NCBI GenBank assembly: GCA_963840845.1
Contig: CAWJBS010000108.1
Location: forward strand, 2,458-66,457
Source: Bryobacterales bacterium
Lineage (GTDB): Bacteria; Acidobacteriota; Terriglobia; Bryobacterales; Bryobacteraceae
Direction of reading: 5' to 3'
Length of the DNA stretch: 64,000 nt
In this document: positions 52,093 to 62,834 of the stretch, piece after piece
How positions within the stretch are numbered: position 1 is the first letter of the stretch
Layout of the letters: every line of letters starts with the position of its first letter
The notes under the pieces: generated by a model
What the model was told of the DNA's origin: nothing
What the model saw: the letters and a program-made list of their open reading frames with translations, nothing else
Databases searched by the model: none
Made by a program: the position numbers and the translations under genes

Positions 52093-53534
52093 TTAGTGCG
52101 ACTTGCCCGCGTCTTTGAAGTTGATGGCGAAGTAAGGATAGTTGTAATTGGGACCTTTGGTGAGCTTCTGCAGGAACTCGCCGCCTTCAGATGCGCATCC
52201 AACGCCCACGTTGACGTGGCGGTTTAGTTCGTACCAAGTATAGGGGTCGAATTCTTTGCCGACGTGCGTTCCCGAGTTGCCCGTTGTGTCGCGGACAATG
52301 CTACCGCCGGAAGTGTTGTAGAGAGCGTCTTTTGCTCCGGCAAGCCAGAAGTCCAGAAACTGGCTGGTGATCGTCCAGCGGCGGACGGGTTCGAGTTCAA
52401 CCGACTCGCTCGGCAATAATGTTCTGCCAGCCGAACAAGTCTGAGCCGCCAAAGCGGTCGTGGGCCGTGGGGTACATGGTGTCGAAGGTGTTGTGCACTG
52501 CCGTCTGTCGGGTTGCTATCGCCGGAAGCGTAATCGTACTGCCAGAAAACGCGCGGCTTCCACCAAGACCTGATCGATGCGATACGCAAGACCGCCGGTT
52601 GCCGCCCAGGCCTTGATGCCGTTGTTGCCATCGTTACCGCGCTCGATGATGCTCTCCGCCGAGTAGTCGAGGCTCTTCACGAAGACACCTTTGAAGCGGA
52701 GTCCATAAGCGGTCTCACTCTGCTTGCCGGTTTTGAGTTTAGCGGTGGTCTCGATAGCGACGCTTGGTTGAAGGCGCCAGAGTACGAAGGGCTCGAGCAC
52801 AGAGTGAGGCAGTATGCGGTCGATGCCGCCATAGGCACCGTAGATATTGTTGCCTTCCTGATGATGACTGATGCCATCGGCGAGCGGCACCACGGCTGAG
52901 CCGCCAAAGAGACCCAAGCGGTAGCGATCATGATGCAAATTGGCGACAACGGCATCGTAGGAGCGGCCCTGATTGCGCCATTCGGAGTTGGCGATGATCG
53001 TGTTGTTGTAGTTGATCAACTGGCGACCGACGCGCAGGCTGATCCAACTGGTTTCGGGATCGCCGAATTCAGCGTACGCCAGCTTCAGATCCCAGGCGTT
53101 GAGATTGGGCGGACCCCATGGTGGTTTCTGCATGAAGGGGCGGGCGTCTTGCAATTGGCCGACTACTTTGAACCAAGAGGTTGGTTTGATGTTCATCTGA
53201 AGGCGCGAGCGAAGCAGGAGGTAGGAATCGTTGTTGTTCAGTTGAAGCCGCTGTCGTGATAGCCCTCATAGCGGAGGCGTTCTTCCCAACCGAACCAAAG
53301 CCACTTTGGCAGTTTCTGGTTGAGATCGTAAGCAGGGGCGAGGTCGGGCAGATCGTAAGCTGAGGCCTGGCCGAAGGTCCGATAGGCAGGGCCGTTGAGG
53401 AAGCTGAGCGGGTTGGAGGCGGGGCCGGTGATGAAACCGCCGCCGAAGGCGCTGGCAGCATTCTGGGTGGTGATGTCGTCCTGTGCGAGGAGGGCGGATG
53501 CGCCCAGAAACAGGATTGACAGTAGTCTCCGCAT
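52093..53534 (-). CDS. Outer-membrane beta-barrel channel (alginate-export/porin-like), at least 3 frame breaks
   Basis: Signal peptide MRRLLSILFLGASALLAQ. Alternating beta-strand pattern (..WFGWEERLRYEGY.., ..WDLKLAYAEFGD.., ..YGLRFKG..) and aromatic C-terminus ..YPYFAINFK. The pieces lie in four ORFs. Confidence 0.6.
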
Positions 53535-53627
53535 ATAAGACCAAGTCTATCGAATTTGGGGTGTATAAGGCAAGGGGAATTTTTAGGGGTTGGGGTGGGT
53601 GGACCCCTTGTTTACGCGGGATTCGGT

Positions 53628-54722
53628 TCAGATTGAGTAATCGACGGCGGGCTCTTCGGCGACGAAGACGCGGGCATCGCGGACGCGGACGAAAACTTCG
53701 TCGCCCGGTTGGATGGCGAGCTCGCGATAGCGGTCGTGGGTGGTTTCGACGGTCATGGCTTGACCCTGTTCGCTGGTGAGTTCAACGCGCACGATGGAGC
53801 CGGCCGATTGAATGCGGGTGATGCGGGAAGGGACGGAACTGCCGTTGTTGGAATGGCGCTCAATTTCCAATTCGTGCGGGCGGACGAAGACGCGCGCGGA
53901 CTTGCCATCGGGCACGGAGGCGTCTTGCCGCTGGCCGACGCTGACTTGGCCGATGACCGTTTGACCGGATTCTACACGGCCGTGAAAGAGATTGACGTTG
54001 CCGAGAAACGTCATGACGAATTCGGAGGCGGGGTTGTGAAAAACTTCGTTGGGTGTACCGATTTGTTCGATGTGGCCTTGGTTCATGATGACGACGCGGT
54101 CGGCCACTTCAAGGGCTTCTTCCTGGTCGTGCGTGACTAAAACGCTGGTGATGTGAATTTTGGCGTGCAGGTTGCGGAGCCAGCGGCGGAGGTCTTGGCG
54201 AACGCGGGCGTCGAGCGCGCCGAAGGGCTCGTCGAGGAGCAAGATGCTGGGTTCGATGGCAAGAGCGCGAGCGAGGGCGACGCGCTGGCGCTGGCCGCCG
54301 GAGAGTTGCGAAGGGTAATGAGATGCCCAGCGGTTGAGTTGGATGAGTTCGAGAAGTTCGTTGACTTTGGCTTCGATGGCTTTGTTCGACGGACGCACTT
54401 TGCGGGGGCGGACGCGCAGACCAAAGGCAATGTTTTCGAACACGGTCATGTGACGGAAGAGGGCGTAGTGCTGGAAAACGAAGCCGACTTTGCGTTCGCT
54501 GACTTGCTTACGAGAGATCTCTTCATCGTTGACGAAGACGGCGGTTTCGGGATTGGGATCGGGCGCATCGAGGCCGGCGATGATGCGGAGCAGCGTTGTT
54601 TTGCCGGAGCCGGAGGGGCCTAGGAGGGCGACGAGTTCGCCATCGTTGACTTTGAGGCTGACGTCTTTGAGCGCCGTGTATTGGGAGAACGATTTGTTTA
54701 CGTGTCGTGCGTCAATTGCCAT
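53628..54722 (-). CDS. cysA: Sulfate/thiosulfate ABC transporter ATP-binding protein
   Basis: Walker [10 protein letters not shown], signature LSGGQRQR, Walker B LLLDEP, and a C-terminal TOBE-like domain. Confidence 0.9.
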   Translation of the reverse strand: MAIDARHVNKSFSQYTALKDVSLKVNDGELVALLGPSGSGKTTLLRIIAGLDAPDPNPETAVFVNDEEISRKQVSERKVGFVFQHYALFRHMTVFENIAFGLRVRPRKVRPSNKAIEAKVNELLELIQLNRWASHYPSQLSGGQRQRVALARALAIEPSILLLDEPFGALDARVRQDLRRWLRNLHAKIHITSVLVTHDQEEALEVADRVVIMNQGHIEQIGTPNEVFHNPASEFVMTFLGNVNLFHGRVESGQTVIGQVSVGQRQDASVPDGKSARVFVRPHELEIERHSNNGSSVPSRITRIQSAGSIVRVELTSEQGQAMTVETTHDRYRELAIQPGDEVFVRVRDARVFVAEEPAVDYSI

Positions 54723-55554
54723 TGGTATGCCCCCAGGTTGGGCGGTCGCCAGAGATTTTCCATTCGAGCAGGGCCTTCGCGATGAGCGTTACGACGGCGA
54801 GCAAGGCAAGCAAGCTGGCGACGGCAAAGGCGGCGGCAAAGTTGTATTCATTGTAAAGAATTTCGACGTGCAAGGGGAGGGTATTAGTGCGTCCGCGAAC
54901 GTGACCGGAGACGACGGAGACAGCGCCGAACTCACCCATGGCGCGGGCGTTGGCGAGAACGACGCCATAGACAAGGGCCCAGCGGATGTTGGGGAGAGTG
55001 ATGCGGCGAAAGGTTTGCCAGGCGCCGGCTCCGAGGAGAATGGCGGCTTCTTCCTCTTCGCTGCCTTGTTCCTGCATGAGGGGAATGAGTTCGCGGGCGA
55101 TGAAGGGAAAGGTGACGAAGATGGTGGCAATGATGATGCCGGGGGTGGCGAAGACGATTTGAATGCCGGCGTGGCGAAGCGCTGGGCCGAACCAGCCGCG
55201 CGCGCCGAAGACGAGGATGAAGATCAGGCCGGAGATGACGGGCGAGACGGCGAAGGGAATATCAATTAAGGTGAGCAGGAGGTTTTTGCCCGGGAAGTTG
55301 AATTTGGCGATGCACCAGGAGGCGGCAAGGGCAAAGACGAGATTGGCTGCCAGAGTAACGAGGGCGGTCAGCAAGGTGAGGCGGAGCGCCGACAAGGCGA
55401 GCGGAGCGCTGACGCTATCCCAATAAAAGGCCAAGCCTTTGCGCAGAGCTTCGGTGAATACGGCGACGATGGGCAGGAAGATGAGTACGCCGACGAAGGT
55501 GATGGTGATGGCGATTAAGGTGTTGCGCAGCCATTTGGGTTCGGTGTGTTGCAT
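54712..55554 (-). CDS. cysW: Sulfate ABC transporter permease
   Basis: Six TM helices and an EAA-like loop (..[21 protein letters not shown]..). Its stop overlaps the cysA start by 11 nt (54712-54722). Confidence 0.85.
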   Translation of the reverse strand: MQHTEPKWLRNTLIAITITFVGVLIFLPIVAVFTEALRKGLAFYWDSVSAPLALSALRLTLLTALVTLAANLVFALAASWCIAKFNFPGKNLLLTLIDIPFAVSPVISGLIFILVFGARGWFGPALRHAGIQIVFATPGIIIATIFVTFPFIARELIPLMQEQGSEEEEAAILLGAGAWQTFRRITLPNIRWALVYGVVLANARAMGEFGAVSVVSGHVRGRTNTLPLHVEILYNEYNFAAAFAVASLLALLAVVTLIAKALLEWKISGDRPTWGHTNGN

Positions 55555-55557
55555 CGT

Positions 55558-56394
55558 TTAGAGCCTCTCCCGCTGTTTGCGCGTGAGCCACCACTGGCCG
55601 AGATTAACGCTGAGTAATAGTAAGAACGAACTTACTAACATGAGCAGGGCGATGGCGGATGCTCCGGCGTAATCGTACTGCTCGAGCTTGGTGACGATGA
55701 GCAAGGAGGCGATTTCGGTTTTCATGGGCATATTGCCGGAGATAAAAATGACGGAGCCATATTCGCCGAGGCAGCGGGCGAAGGCAGTGACGAAGCCAGC
55801 GACGAGGGCGGGTTGCAGGGCGGGCAGAATGACCCGGCGCAAGGCCGTGAGGCGGGGTGCGCCCAGAAGGGCGGCGGCGGCTTCGGTGGCGGGATCGAGA
55901 TCTTCCATAGTAGGTTGCAGGGAACGCACGATGAAGGGCAGGCCGATGAACATCATGGCGATGACGATGCCTAACGGCGAGAAGACGGCTTGGATGCCGA
56001 GCGGTTTGAGGAAGCGGCCGAGCACGCCATCGGGCGCGTAAATGGCAGTGAGAGCAATGCCGGAAACGGCGGTGGGCAGAGCGAAGGGAACGTCAATAAG
56101 CGCGTCGATGATGCGGCGGCCAGGGAATTTGTAACGGACCAGACTCCAGGCGATGATGAGGCCGAAGAAGGCATCGAGAAGAGCGGCGATGAAGGCCGTG
56201 CCGAAGGTTAGGCGCCAGGCGGCGAGTGTGCGCGAATCAAAAACAGCGGCGCTGAATTCGGCCCAGGGCTGCGCGGTGCCTTCGGCGACAAGCGCGGCTA
56301 AGGGGATGAGCACGATGAGGCTGAGATACGAGACCGTGTAGCCAAGGCTGATGCCAAAGCCGGGGAGGACGCTATGTTCGCGGAGTTTCTGCAT
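55558..56394 (-). CDS. cysT: Sulfate ABC transporter permease
   Basis: Permease fold with ..EAAAALLGAPRLTALRRVILP.. Position between sbp and cysW. Confidence 0.85.
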   Translation of the reverse strand: MQKLREHSVLPGFGISLGYTVSYLSLIVLIPLAALVAEGTAQPWAEFSAAVFDSRTLAAWRLTFGTAFIAALLDAFFGLIIAWSLVRYKFPGRRIIDALIDVPFALPTAVSGIALTAIYAPDGVLGRFLKPLGIQAVFSPLGIVIAMMFIGLPFIVRSLQPTMEDLDPATEAAAALLGAPRLTALRRVILPALQPALVAGFVTAFARCLGEYGSVIFISGNMPMKTEIASLLIVTKLEQYDYAGASAIALLMLVSSFLLLLSVNLGQWWLTRKQRERL

Positions 56395-56409
56395 GGTACG
56401 TGTTTCGAT

Positions 56410-57477
56410 CTAGGGCTTATAGATCTGGTCAAAGACTCCGTGATCGGCAAAGTGTTTTTTCTGGGCTTCTTTCCAAGTTCCGGCAATATCGGCGAGAGTG
56501 AAGAGCTGGATTTTGGGGAATTGCGCTTGATATTTGGCGAGGGCGGTTGGGGATTGAGGGCGGTAGTAATTTTTGGCGGCGAGTTCCTGGGCGGGTTCGG
56601 AATAGAGGTATTGCAAGTAGGCTTCGGAGACGGCGCGTGTGCCGTGGTCATCGACGTTGCGATCGACAACGGCCACGGGTGTTTCGGCGACGATGCTACT
56701 GGAAGGGTTTACGATTTCGAACTTGTCGGCACCGAATTCGCGGACGGATAAGTACGCTTCGTTCTCCCATGCGAGGAGCACATCGCCCAAGTTTCGCTGG
56801 ACGAACGTGGTGGTGGAACCGCGCGCGCCGGAGTCTAAGACGGGGACGTTGTGATAGAGAGCGGCGACGAAATAGCGTGCCTTGTTTTCGTCGTGGCCGA
56901 AGTGATTCCAGGCATAACCCCAAGCGGCGAGATAGTTCCAACGGGCGCCGCCGGATGTCTTAGGATTGGGCGTGATGACGCTGACGCCGTTGCGAATGAT
57001 GTCGGGCCAATCGTGAATTCCTTTGGGATTGCCTTTACGGACGAGGAAGACGATGGTGGAGGTGTAGGGAACGCTGTGATTGGGGAGGCGGGTGGCCCAG
57101 TTGGGGTTGATGATGTGGGCTTGGTCAACGATGGCGTCGATGTCGTAGGCGAGGCCGAGGGTGACGACGTCGGCTTGGAGACCTTCGATGACGGCGCGGG
57201 CTTGCTTGCCGGAGCCGCCGTGGGATTGCTCGATTTCGAGAGTTTGGCCGGTTTTTTGTTTCCAGGACGCGGAGAAGTCGTTGTTGATTTCTTGATAGAG
57301 TTCGCGAGTGGGGTCGTAAGAGACGTTGAGGATTTTGATGGTGGAGGGTGGTTGAGGCGAGGAGGTTTTAGAGCAAGCGGCGAGACAGAGCGCGGCTAGG
57401 GCGAGGAAGAAGAAGGAAGGCGGACCGGGGGTCCGCCGCAGGCTGGAAGTCTGCCCCAAAATGTTGTTGATGGTCAT
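56410..57477 (-). CDS. sbp: Sulfate-binding periplasmic protein (lipoprotein)
   Basis: Lipobox [28 protein letters not shown] and [15 protein letters not shown] motifs of Sbp/CysP. Confidence 0.9.
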   Translation of the reverse strand: MTINNILGQTSSLRRTPGPPSFFFLALAALCLAACSKTSSPQPPSTIKILNVSYDPTRELYQEINNDFSASWKQKTGQTLEIEQSHGGSGKQARAVIEGLQADVVTLGLAYDIDAIVDQAHIINPNWATRLPNHSVPYTSTIVFLVRKGNPKGIHDWPDIIRNGVSVITPNPKTSGGARWNYLAAWGYAWNHFGHDENKARYFVAALYHNVPVLDSGARGSTTTFVQRNLGDVLLAWENEAYLSVREFGADKFEIVNPSSSIVAETPVAVVDRNVDDHGTRAVSEAYLQYLYSEPAQELAAKNYYRPQSPTALAKYQAQFPKIQLFTLADIAGTWKEAQKKHFADHGVFDQIYKP

Positions 57478-57581
57478 GTGTTTTATAAAGTCGATAGAAA
57501 AACTAGAGTATCAGATTAAGCAAGGGCGGGAACGTCGCCATTTTTCTTAAGAACGATAGGATGTGGCCGCGGCCCTCTTTC

Positions 57582-57845
57582 CTATTGAAGGGAGGAGGGG
57601 AAGGCCTGTGAGATGAAGTAGCCCAACGCGCCGCGTGCATGAGTGCGATGGCGGTCGGACTTTTTGGGTTCGATGCCGGCGGCGCCGGTGGCATCAACGG
57701 TCCAGGAGACTTCTTCGAGATCGCGAATGAGGTCGTTGCAACTGGGGTCGAGTATCTGCGAGTCACGCCCAGCAAGAAATGAATTGACAAGACCACTCAT
57801 TCGTGGATTAATACCTGTAATTAGACGAAAAGACGGCTTGGTCAT
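57582..57845 (-). pseudogene. Fragment resembling the C-terminus of a phage terminase large subunit
   Basis: ..ILDPSCNDLIRDLEEVSW....KKSDRHRTHARGALGYFISQAFP resembles the terminase nuclease-domain tail (C..LI.DLE...W......D...TH..DALGY). I see no N-terminal ATPase part. Confidence 0.45.
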
Positions 57846-57913
57846 CTAAGGCGCGATAGTGCGCCGACTTAATAGTCTTCGCCTGCAATCCATATACGGA
57901 GGAGGACGGCCCA

Positions 57914-58318
57914 GTGGACGTTCGGATACAGGCTGTGTTGAGGTTGATGGAGTTGGACACCGCTGCGGCTCAGGACGTGCGAGCTATGGCCGAGAAGGTC
58001 AATTTGTCTTTGTCTCGCTTCTATGACCTCTTTCGCCGCGAAACCGGCGGCGGGCCCACGCAGTACATTCGCGCGGTGCGATTTAAGAAGGCCGAGACCC
58101 TGTTGCTTACGTCTCACTTGACTGTGAAAGAAATCGCCAATGCGGTGGGCATTCACGATGTGAGCCATTTTGTGCGCGATTTCGAGAAGCAGTTTGGCAT
58201 GTCGCCACGGCGTTTTCGTCGCGCGCACGCTTCTGCTTTTCGGGCAGGACACGCCGCCAACGAATCGCAACAACGGCCAATAAATAGCAGGCGGATTCGC
58301 GACGGACTGACCCTATAA
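57914..58318 (+). CDS. AraC-family HTH transcription regulator (short)
   Basis: ..LSLSRFYDLFRRETG..PTQYIRAVRFKKAETLL..LTVKEIANAVGIHDVSHFVRDFEKQFGMSPRRFR. Confidence 0.8.
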   Translation: MDVRIQAVLRLMELDTAAAQDVRAMAEKVNLSLSRFYDLFRRETGGGPTQYIRAVRFKKAETLLLTSHLTVKEIANAVGIHDVSHFVRDFEKQFGMSPRRFRRAHASAFRAGHAANESQQRPINSRRIRDGLTL

Positions 58319-58407
58319 TCGCTGACAGTCGGAGAAAATCAGCGACACCCGGAGGAGTCCAAGATAGAAGTTATGGACTCGACGGACTACAAAAGGAGAA
58401 CGAGTCC

Positions 58408-59079
58408 ATGAAAGACATGAAAACGATGGCTGAGGTTCTGTTATGTACCTTGGCGTTAGCCGCGACGGTTACGGCAGGTCCGCTTTGCAACACTGGCGTG
58501 GCGAGTGGGTGTGGTGCAGTGCTGGCTGCAGGGGCTACCCTCGACCCGAATTGGACGGTCGAGCAAACTGCTGTTTACCCGTCAATCGGGGGCGCCGGCA
58601 TTATCCCGCCAACTCCGGGCAATGCGTACACGGTTGTTCCGCCCGATTCGGCTTGGTTGCCGGCCGACGGAGCCTCGGACTGGATCAACCCACTTGGGGG
58701 CGATACCGTCGAAGCGGGCGACAATTACTATACCTACCAAACTACCTTCACAGGGTCAGCGGCCATTGAAGGCCGGTATTCTTCAGACAATCAGACAATG
58801 GCCGTCTATCTGAACGGCGTTCTGGTGCCGCCCTCCGAGCTTACCCTCGATTCTGCCAACAGTTTCAACACCTGGACAGCGTTCGATATTACTACGGGGC
58901 TGAATTCTGGTACGAATACGTTGGATTTTGTGGTTTATAACCTTCCGGCCTCCTTCGGTCCCGACACGGTTACTGGCTTTCGGCTTGAGACGACTCCGGA
59001 ACTTTCCTCGCTCGCCCTTATTGTGGGAGGCTGCTTGTTACTCGGAGTGTTAGTCACCCGTCGTCGCAGCGCGGCATAA
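58408..59079 (+). CDS. Secreted protein with PEP-CTERM-like C-terminal anchor
   Basis: Signal peptide. The C-terminal TPELSSLALIVGGCLLLGVLVTRRRS has a variant PEP motif plus TM helix plus basic tail. Confidence 0.65.
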   Translation: MKDMKTMAEVLLCTLALAATVTAGPLCNTGVASGCGAVLAAGATLDPNWTVEQTAVYPSIGGAGIIPPTPGNAYTVVPPDSAWLPADGASDWINPLGGDTVEAGDNYYTYQTTFTGSAAIEGRYSSDNQTMAVYLNGVLVPPSELTLDSANSFNTWTAFDITTGLNSGTNTLDFVVYNLPASFGPDTVTGFRLETTPELSSLALIVGGCLLLGVLVTRRRSAA

Positions 59080-59149
59080 ATCGCGACGAAGTGGCTGTTG
59101 AGTTTTTGGCGCCAAATTAACCCAAATGGACCTAAATCAAATCAGGGAG

Positions 59150-59650
59150 GGATTTAGCCGCGGATGAACGGACGAAGAGACTGACAAGCGGAGAGCTTGC
59201 GCGGCGGGGCCTAGGAGCGAGGTGGGCTCAGTTTCAACGCTGTTGCGGCGATCAATAGATCGGCAAAGCATCCTGCAGTCCTTGTGCCTGGAGCCTGATG
59301 ACTGTATAAAAGTGTCAGACCAGCGTGCGCTGCGGCGACCATGACGGTGGAGTCGGTCAGGATCCGATGCTTGGCTAATCCCAATTGGGCGGTTCAAGGG
59401 GTCGCGATGGTTGTCAAATAAGGATTGAACGTCCGTGGCGAAGTCGGCGTCCAGGGTGGCCGTCGAATTTTCTGGCAGCGCAGCCATAATGTCGGAAAGC
59501 CTGCGGCCACGAGGTTTGGTCGCTCGCAAAACGGCCACTGGCACAGCATTCCGGTCGATGACAACTTCTTCGCCGGCTTGCGCGCGTCCATGACAGATCC
59601 GAGATTCCGAGCGAGTTCGGCTTCCGCCATATGTAAGACGGCCAAAGTCT
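59150..59650 (-). pseudogene. Decayed type II toxin-antitoxin pair (Phd/VapB-like antitoxin plus PIN/VapC-like fragment)
   Basis: MAEAELARNLGSVMD(frameshift)AQAGEEVVIDRNAVPVAVLRATKP.. looks like an antitoxin. Downstream, ..ILTDSTVMV....FADLLIAATALKLS.. resembles a PIN-domain C-terminal motif. The frames are broken. Confidence 0.45.
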
Positions 59651-59877
59651 TTATGATCGTGAGGCGGCGTAGGCTTTCTTTTTTTGCGGGTGGTGGATGT
59701 TGGTGCGGTGGTCGGGGTGGGAGTGTTAGGAAAACCGGGAAACGCGTGGAGTGTCCACACTTTATGATGCCCCTTAATGCCCCGGACGGGTAAGGAGGAA
59801 ATGGTAATCGCGTGTATTCTCACCAATTTCCCTTGGCGCCAATTTCCCCATTTCAATTTGCTCTTACTTCCTGACAC

Positions 59878-60790
59878 TTACGGTTTTGCGCCAGAGTATG
59901 AGCACTGAATTACATGGGCGCTATCAAGACGCCGTTCGAGACGACTTGTTGCCGAATCCCAAATTAATAGTGTGGCCGGTGCCGCCTTTGACGGTAAGAC
60001 CTGTGCTCGTGTATGCTTCGCAATTATTAAAGAAGACCTCACCGTAGTCCGGCAACTGAGTCTGGCTTCCATTGACCGTGGGCGCTTCGACAATCCATTC
60101 AGCTGAGTTGCCTGCCAGTGCGCTACCAGCAGGAGCGGAGAGGCTTATGTTTGTGCTGGCGCCGGTTGTTATATTTGTCAGAAACAGACTCCCCAGGTAG
60201 AAGCATAACCTCCGCCACAGAGAGATATTGAGATGAAGTCGCCGGGGCTTACGGGGAAATTGGTGATGGAGTAAGCGGGGCCCGGGAACCACTGCCACCA
60301 AGCGTAATATGACGGGGACGCACCCGTGATTGGGGACACGGCAGATTCGATGCCAGATTGAGCACATCGGGGGATCCGTCTCCATCAAAGCCGATCCAGG
60401 TGGCGCAATCATAAGCCTCACCGCTGACAGGTGCGGTCACGGCGGGAATGACCCAATTTCCCAGCATCCAAGTTAACGATTGCCCGGCGGGCGCATACAC
60501 AACTGAGCCGGACCAGTTGCTAGAGGTTTCCGGACCATCAGTGAGAAGGCGCTTCCGCGGGCCATGGATGCGCTCTTTGTCGTGCGGATTTGGGGCTCAA
60601 TGTAGTGATATTTGTTTTTGATGCGATTCCAGATTTGGGCGAAGCGCTGACGATGATGGTCGTCGTTGGGTACTGCAGGGAAACCATTGGCGACGAGTTG
60701 AGCCGTGGTCGCGGTGAGCGGGTTGAAGGTCGCGCGGGTGGGGTAAGTGGTGACTTTATGGCCGTCGTCGCTAGTGATGACTTTCTTCAT
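59878..60790 (-). pseudogene. Peptidase G1 (eqolisin / scytalidoglutamic peptidase) family gene with at least 4 frame breaks
   Basis: The pieces read ..SSNWSGSVVYAPAGQSLTWMLGNWVIPAV..ATWIGFDGDG..YYAWWQWFPGPAYSI..VSPGDFISISL..NSAEWIVEAPTVNGSQTQLPDYGEVFFNNC.. across four frames. Confidence 0.6.
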
Positions 60791-60964
60791 ATGAAAAGCT
60801 CCTTGATGGGAAGAGGGCGTGGCGGGTTTTTCCTTTACGACCTTCCGTATGCTGAATAGTGTTGGGTCAGTTAAAAACGTTGCAGGTGAGAGTCGATTGA
60901 AGGTTAAGGGCTCCGCCCACTTGCCAGAGTGGTTTATCAGAACCCGATCGCTTGAGACGAATCA

Positions 60965-61525
60965 ATGGCTGAACAAGGGAAAAAAGCGAAAACGAGTTGG
61001 AAAGATGTCAAGGCAAACCTGGCCGGGTTTGACAAGACGGAGTTGACGGGGTTGCTGCACGATTTGTATGCGGCACAGAAGGAGAGCCGCGCGTTTTTGC
61101 ATGCGCGGCTTGGGTTGGGTGGCGGAGATGTTTTGGCGCCTTATCAGAAGACGATCGAGCAGTGGCTGGCGCCTGATCCACAGGGACGAAAAGAGTTTGA
61201 GATTTCGCCTAGCAGAGCGAGGCGGGCAATTACGGATTACCAGAAGGCAGCGGCGAGGGATCGGGCGGGCTTGGCGGAGTTGTTATTGTTTTATTGCGAG
61301 ACGGCGGTGCGTTTTGGCTTAGCGTTTGGGTATGACGATGGGGCTTATTATGGCGCGCTGAAGAAGGTGTTCGGAGAAGCACTGACTGTGTTGCGTGAGC
61401 TGCCGGAAGGTGATGGGCGGTCGGAACTGGTGATTCGGTTGGATGACCTGGTGGGGGAAGCGTGCGACTTGCCTTATGATGTGGCGGATGAAATGGAGGA
61501 ACTGAAGGCGCAGTTTAAGCTGTGA
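60965..61525 (+). CDS. Hypothetical protein
   Basis: 186-aa ORF with coding-like composition. I recognise no family. Confidence 0.5.
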   Translation: MAEQGKKAKTSWKDVKANLAGFDKTELTGLLHDLYAAQKESRAFLHARLGLGGGDVLAPYQKTIEQWLAPDPQGRKEFEISPSRARRAITDYQKAAARDRAGLAELLLFYCETAVRFGLAFGYDDGAYYGALKKVFGEALTVLRELPEGDGRSELVIRLDDLVGEACDLPYDVADEMEELKAQFKL

Positions 61526-61980
61526 GGCGCGGGTTGTCTTAGGCAGTTTTGCGGAGATCGAGAGGCTAGCCAGAAGCGTTCGATGCCGCAGACCATCTCG
61601 ATGTAGGCAGGCAGTCCGCTGGGTTTGGTGATGAAGCCTGCGGCTTGGAGGCGGGAGACTTGGCGGCGTTCGTCGTCGGAGGTGGAACTGCTGAGGATGA
61701 CGACGGGGATGGATTGGAGGGTGGGGGACCTTTTCATTTCTGCGAGGACTTCGCGGCCATTGCGGCGGGGGAGGTTGAGGTCTAAGAGGACGAGATCCGG
61801 ATGGTCGTTTGGGGTGTTTTCCAATTGGTGGAGGTGGCGGGTGGCTTCCATGCCGTCGCGGGCGACGGTCAACTGGATGGGTAACTGAGCGAGCCGGAGG
61901 GCTTCGCGGAGGAGCCAGACATCGGCCGGGTTGTCTTCAACGAGCAGAAGGCGGATGTCGCGAGGGTAAAGGTGATGCAT
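61474..61980 (-). CDS. Stand-alone response-regulator receiver domain protein (3' end uncertain)
   Basis: LLLVEDNPAD, LVLLDLNLPRRNG, PVVILSSS and the FITKP receiver motifs. Confidence 0.8.
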   Translation of the reverse strand: MHHLYPRDIRLLLVEDNPADVWLLREALRLAQLPIQLTVARDGMEATRHLHQLENTPNDHPDLVLLDLNLPRRNGREVLAEMKRSPTLQSIPVVILSSSTSDDERRQVSRLQAAGFITKPSGLPAYIEMVCGIERFWLASRSPQNCLRQPAPHSLNCAFSSSISSATS

Positions 61981-62119
61981 GTGCGAGACGACTCGGGGCA
62001 GCGTAAGAGCACGCGAAGCACCAAGACAGAAAGGTAGACAGATCAGTGGTTTAGGAAGGGCGCAGGGCAGGCAAGCTGGTAAGAATTCGCTTTGCGCGGA
62101 AAAAAGTGCGTGGCTGGGC

Positions 62120-62715
62120 TTAGAGCAGCTGACCCGGAGAAAATGAGGAATTGGGCGCGCTGAGTGGGGACAGGGCTTCGTGCTGGTTGTAGACGGAAAC
62201 GGACGTGTAAGCACCGTCTATTGGTTGGCGATGGCAGTAGATCTGTTTGGCGGCGACATCGACGACCCAATATTCAACGATGGCGGCCCGGGCGTAAAGG
62301 CGACTTTTGACGGTAAGGTCGTAGTTGAGGGAGCTATCGGAGATCTCGACGACTAGGCGCAGATCTTTGGGCTGGGGTTGACGGATACAAAGGTATCGTA
62401 TTCGCGGTTCAGGACGATGATGTCGGGTCGGGCTCATTGGTGGGATTGTCTTGCGGCGCGACTCGATGGGCGCTTCCGCATTAACGAATTGCTTTCCAAA
62501 GACTTCGAGAGCCACAAATGCATGATCGAAACGCGTTGACATGCGGGCGGTTTTTTCCCATTTTGCTGAGCAGTTCGCCGCTTACCAGTTCCAGTTTCTC
62601 GTCTCTTGAAAACGCCAGAAGCTTCGAGTTCGGCGCATTCTTGCCGAGTCCAGCGTTTGCGCGCGGGTACCTGAGGAGGCGGAATTTCCAGGGCGGATGT
62701 GACCAGGGTCGGCAT
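62120..62715 (-). CDS. Uma2 family endonuclease-like protein, copy 3, at least 2 frame breaks
   Basis: ..RWTRQECAELEASGVF.. / ..EKLELVSGELLSKMGKNRPH.. / ..RLVVEISDSSLNYDL..KSRLYARAAIVEYWVVD.. in three frames. Confidence 0.65.
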
Positions 62716-62834
62716 TGAGATCCTCTTTCAAGTATACGGCGGGTAAGGCGTTTGATCTTCAAATAGGCTAAACTCTTTGTTAGCTATACATTGCGGGAGA
62801 AGAGACACCCAAGTCCGCAACGGCTGGAGGCTGT

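Noticed and set aside
53560-53615. Hairpin AGGGGT..ACCCCT after cysA as a terminator
   Set aside because: There is no U-run on the strand where it would terminate cysA, so the evidence is too weak to call.
59137-59877. 246-aa ORF as a real gene
   Set aside because: It has Pro/Arg/Ser/Thr-rich junk-like composition. Better-supported TA fragments occupy other frames of the same strand.
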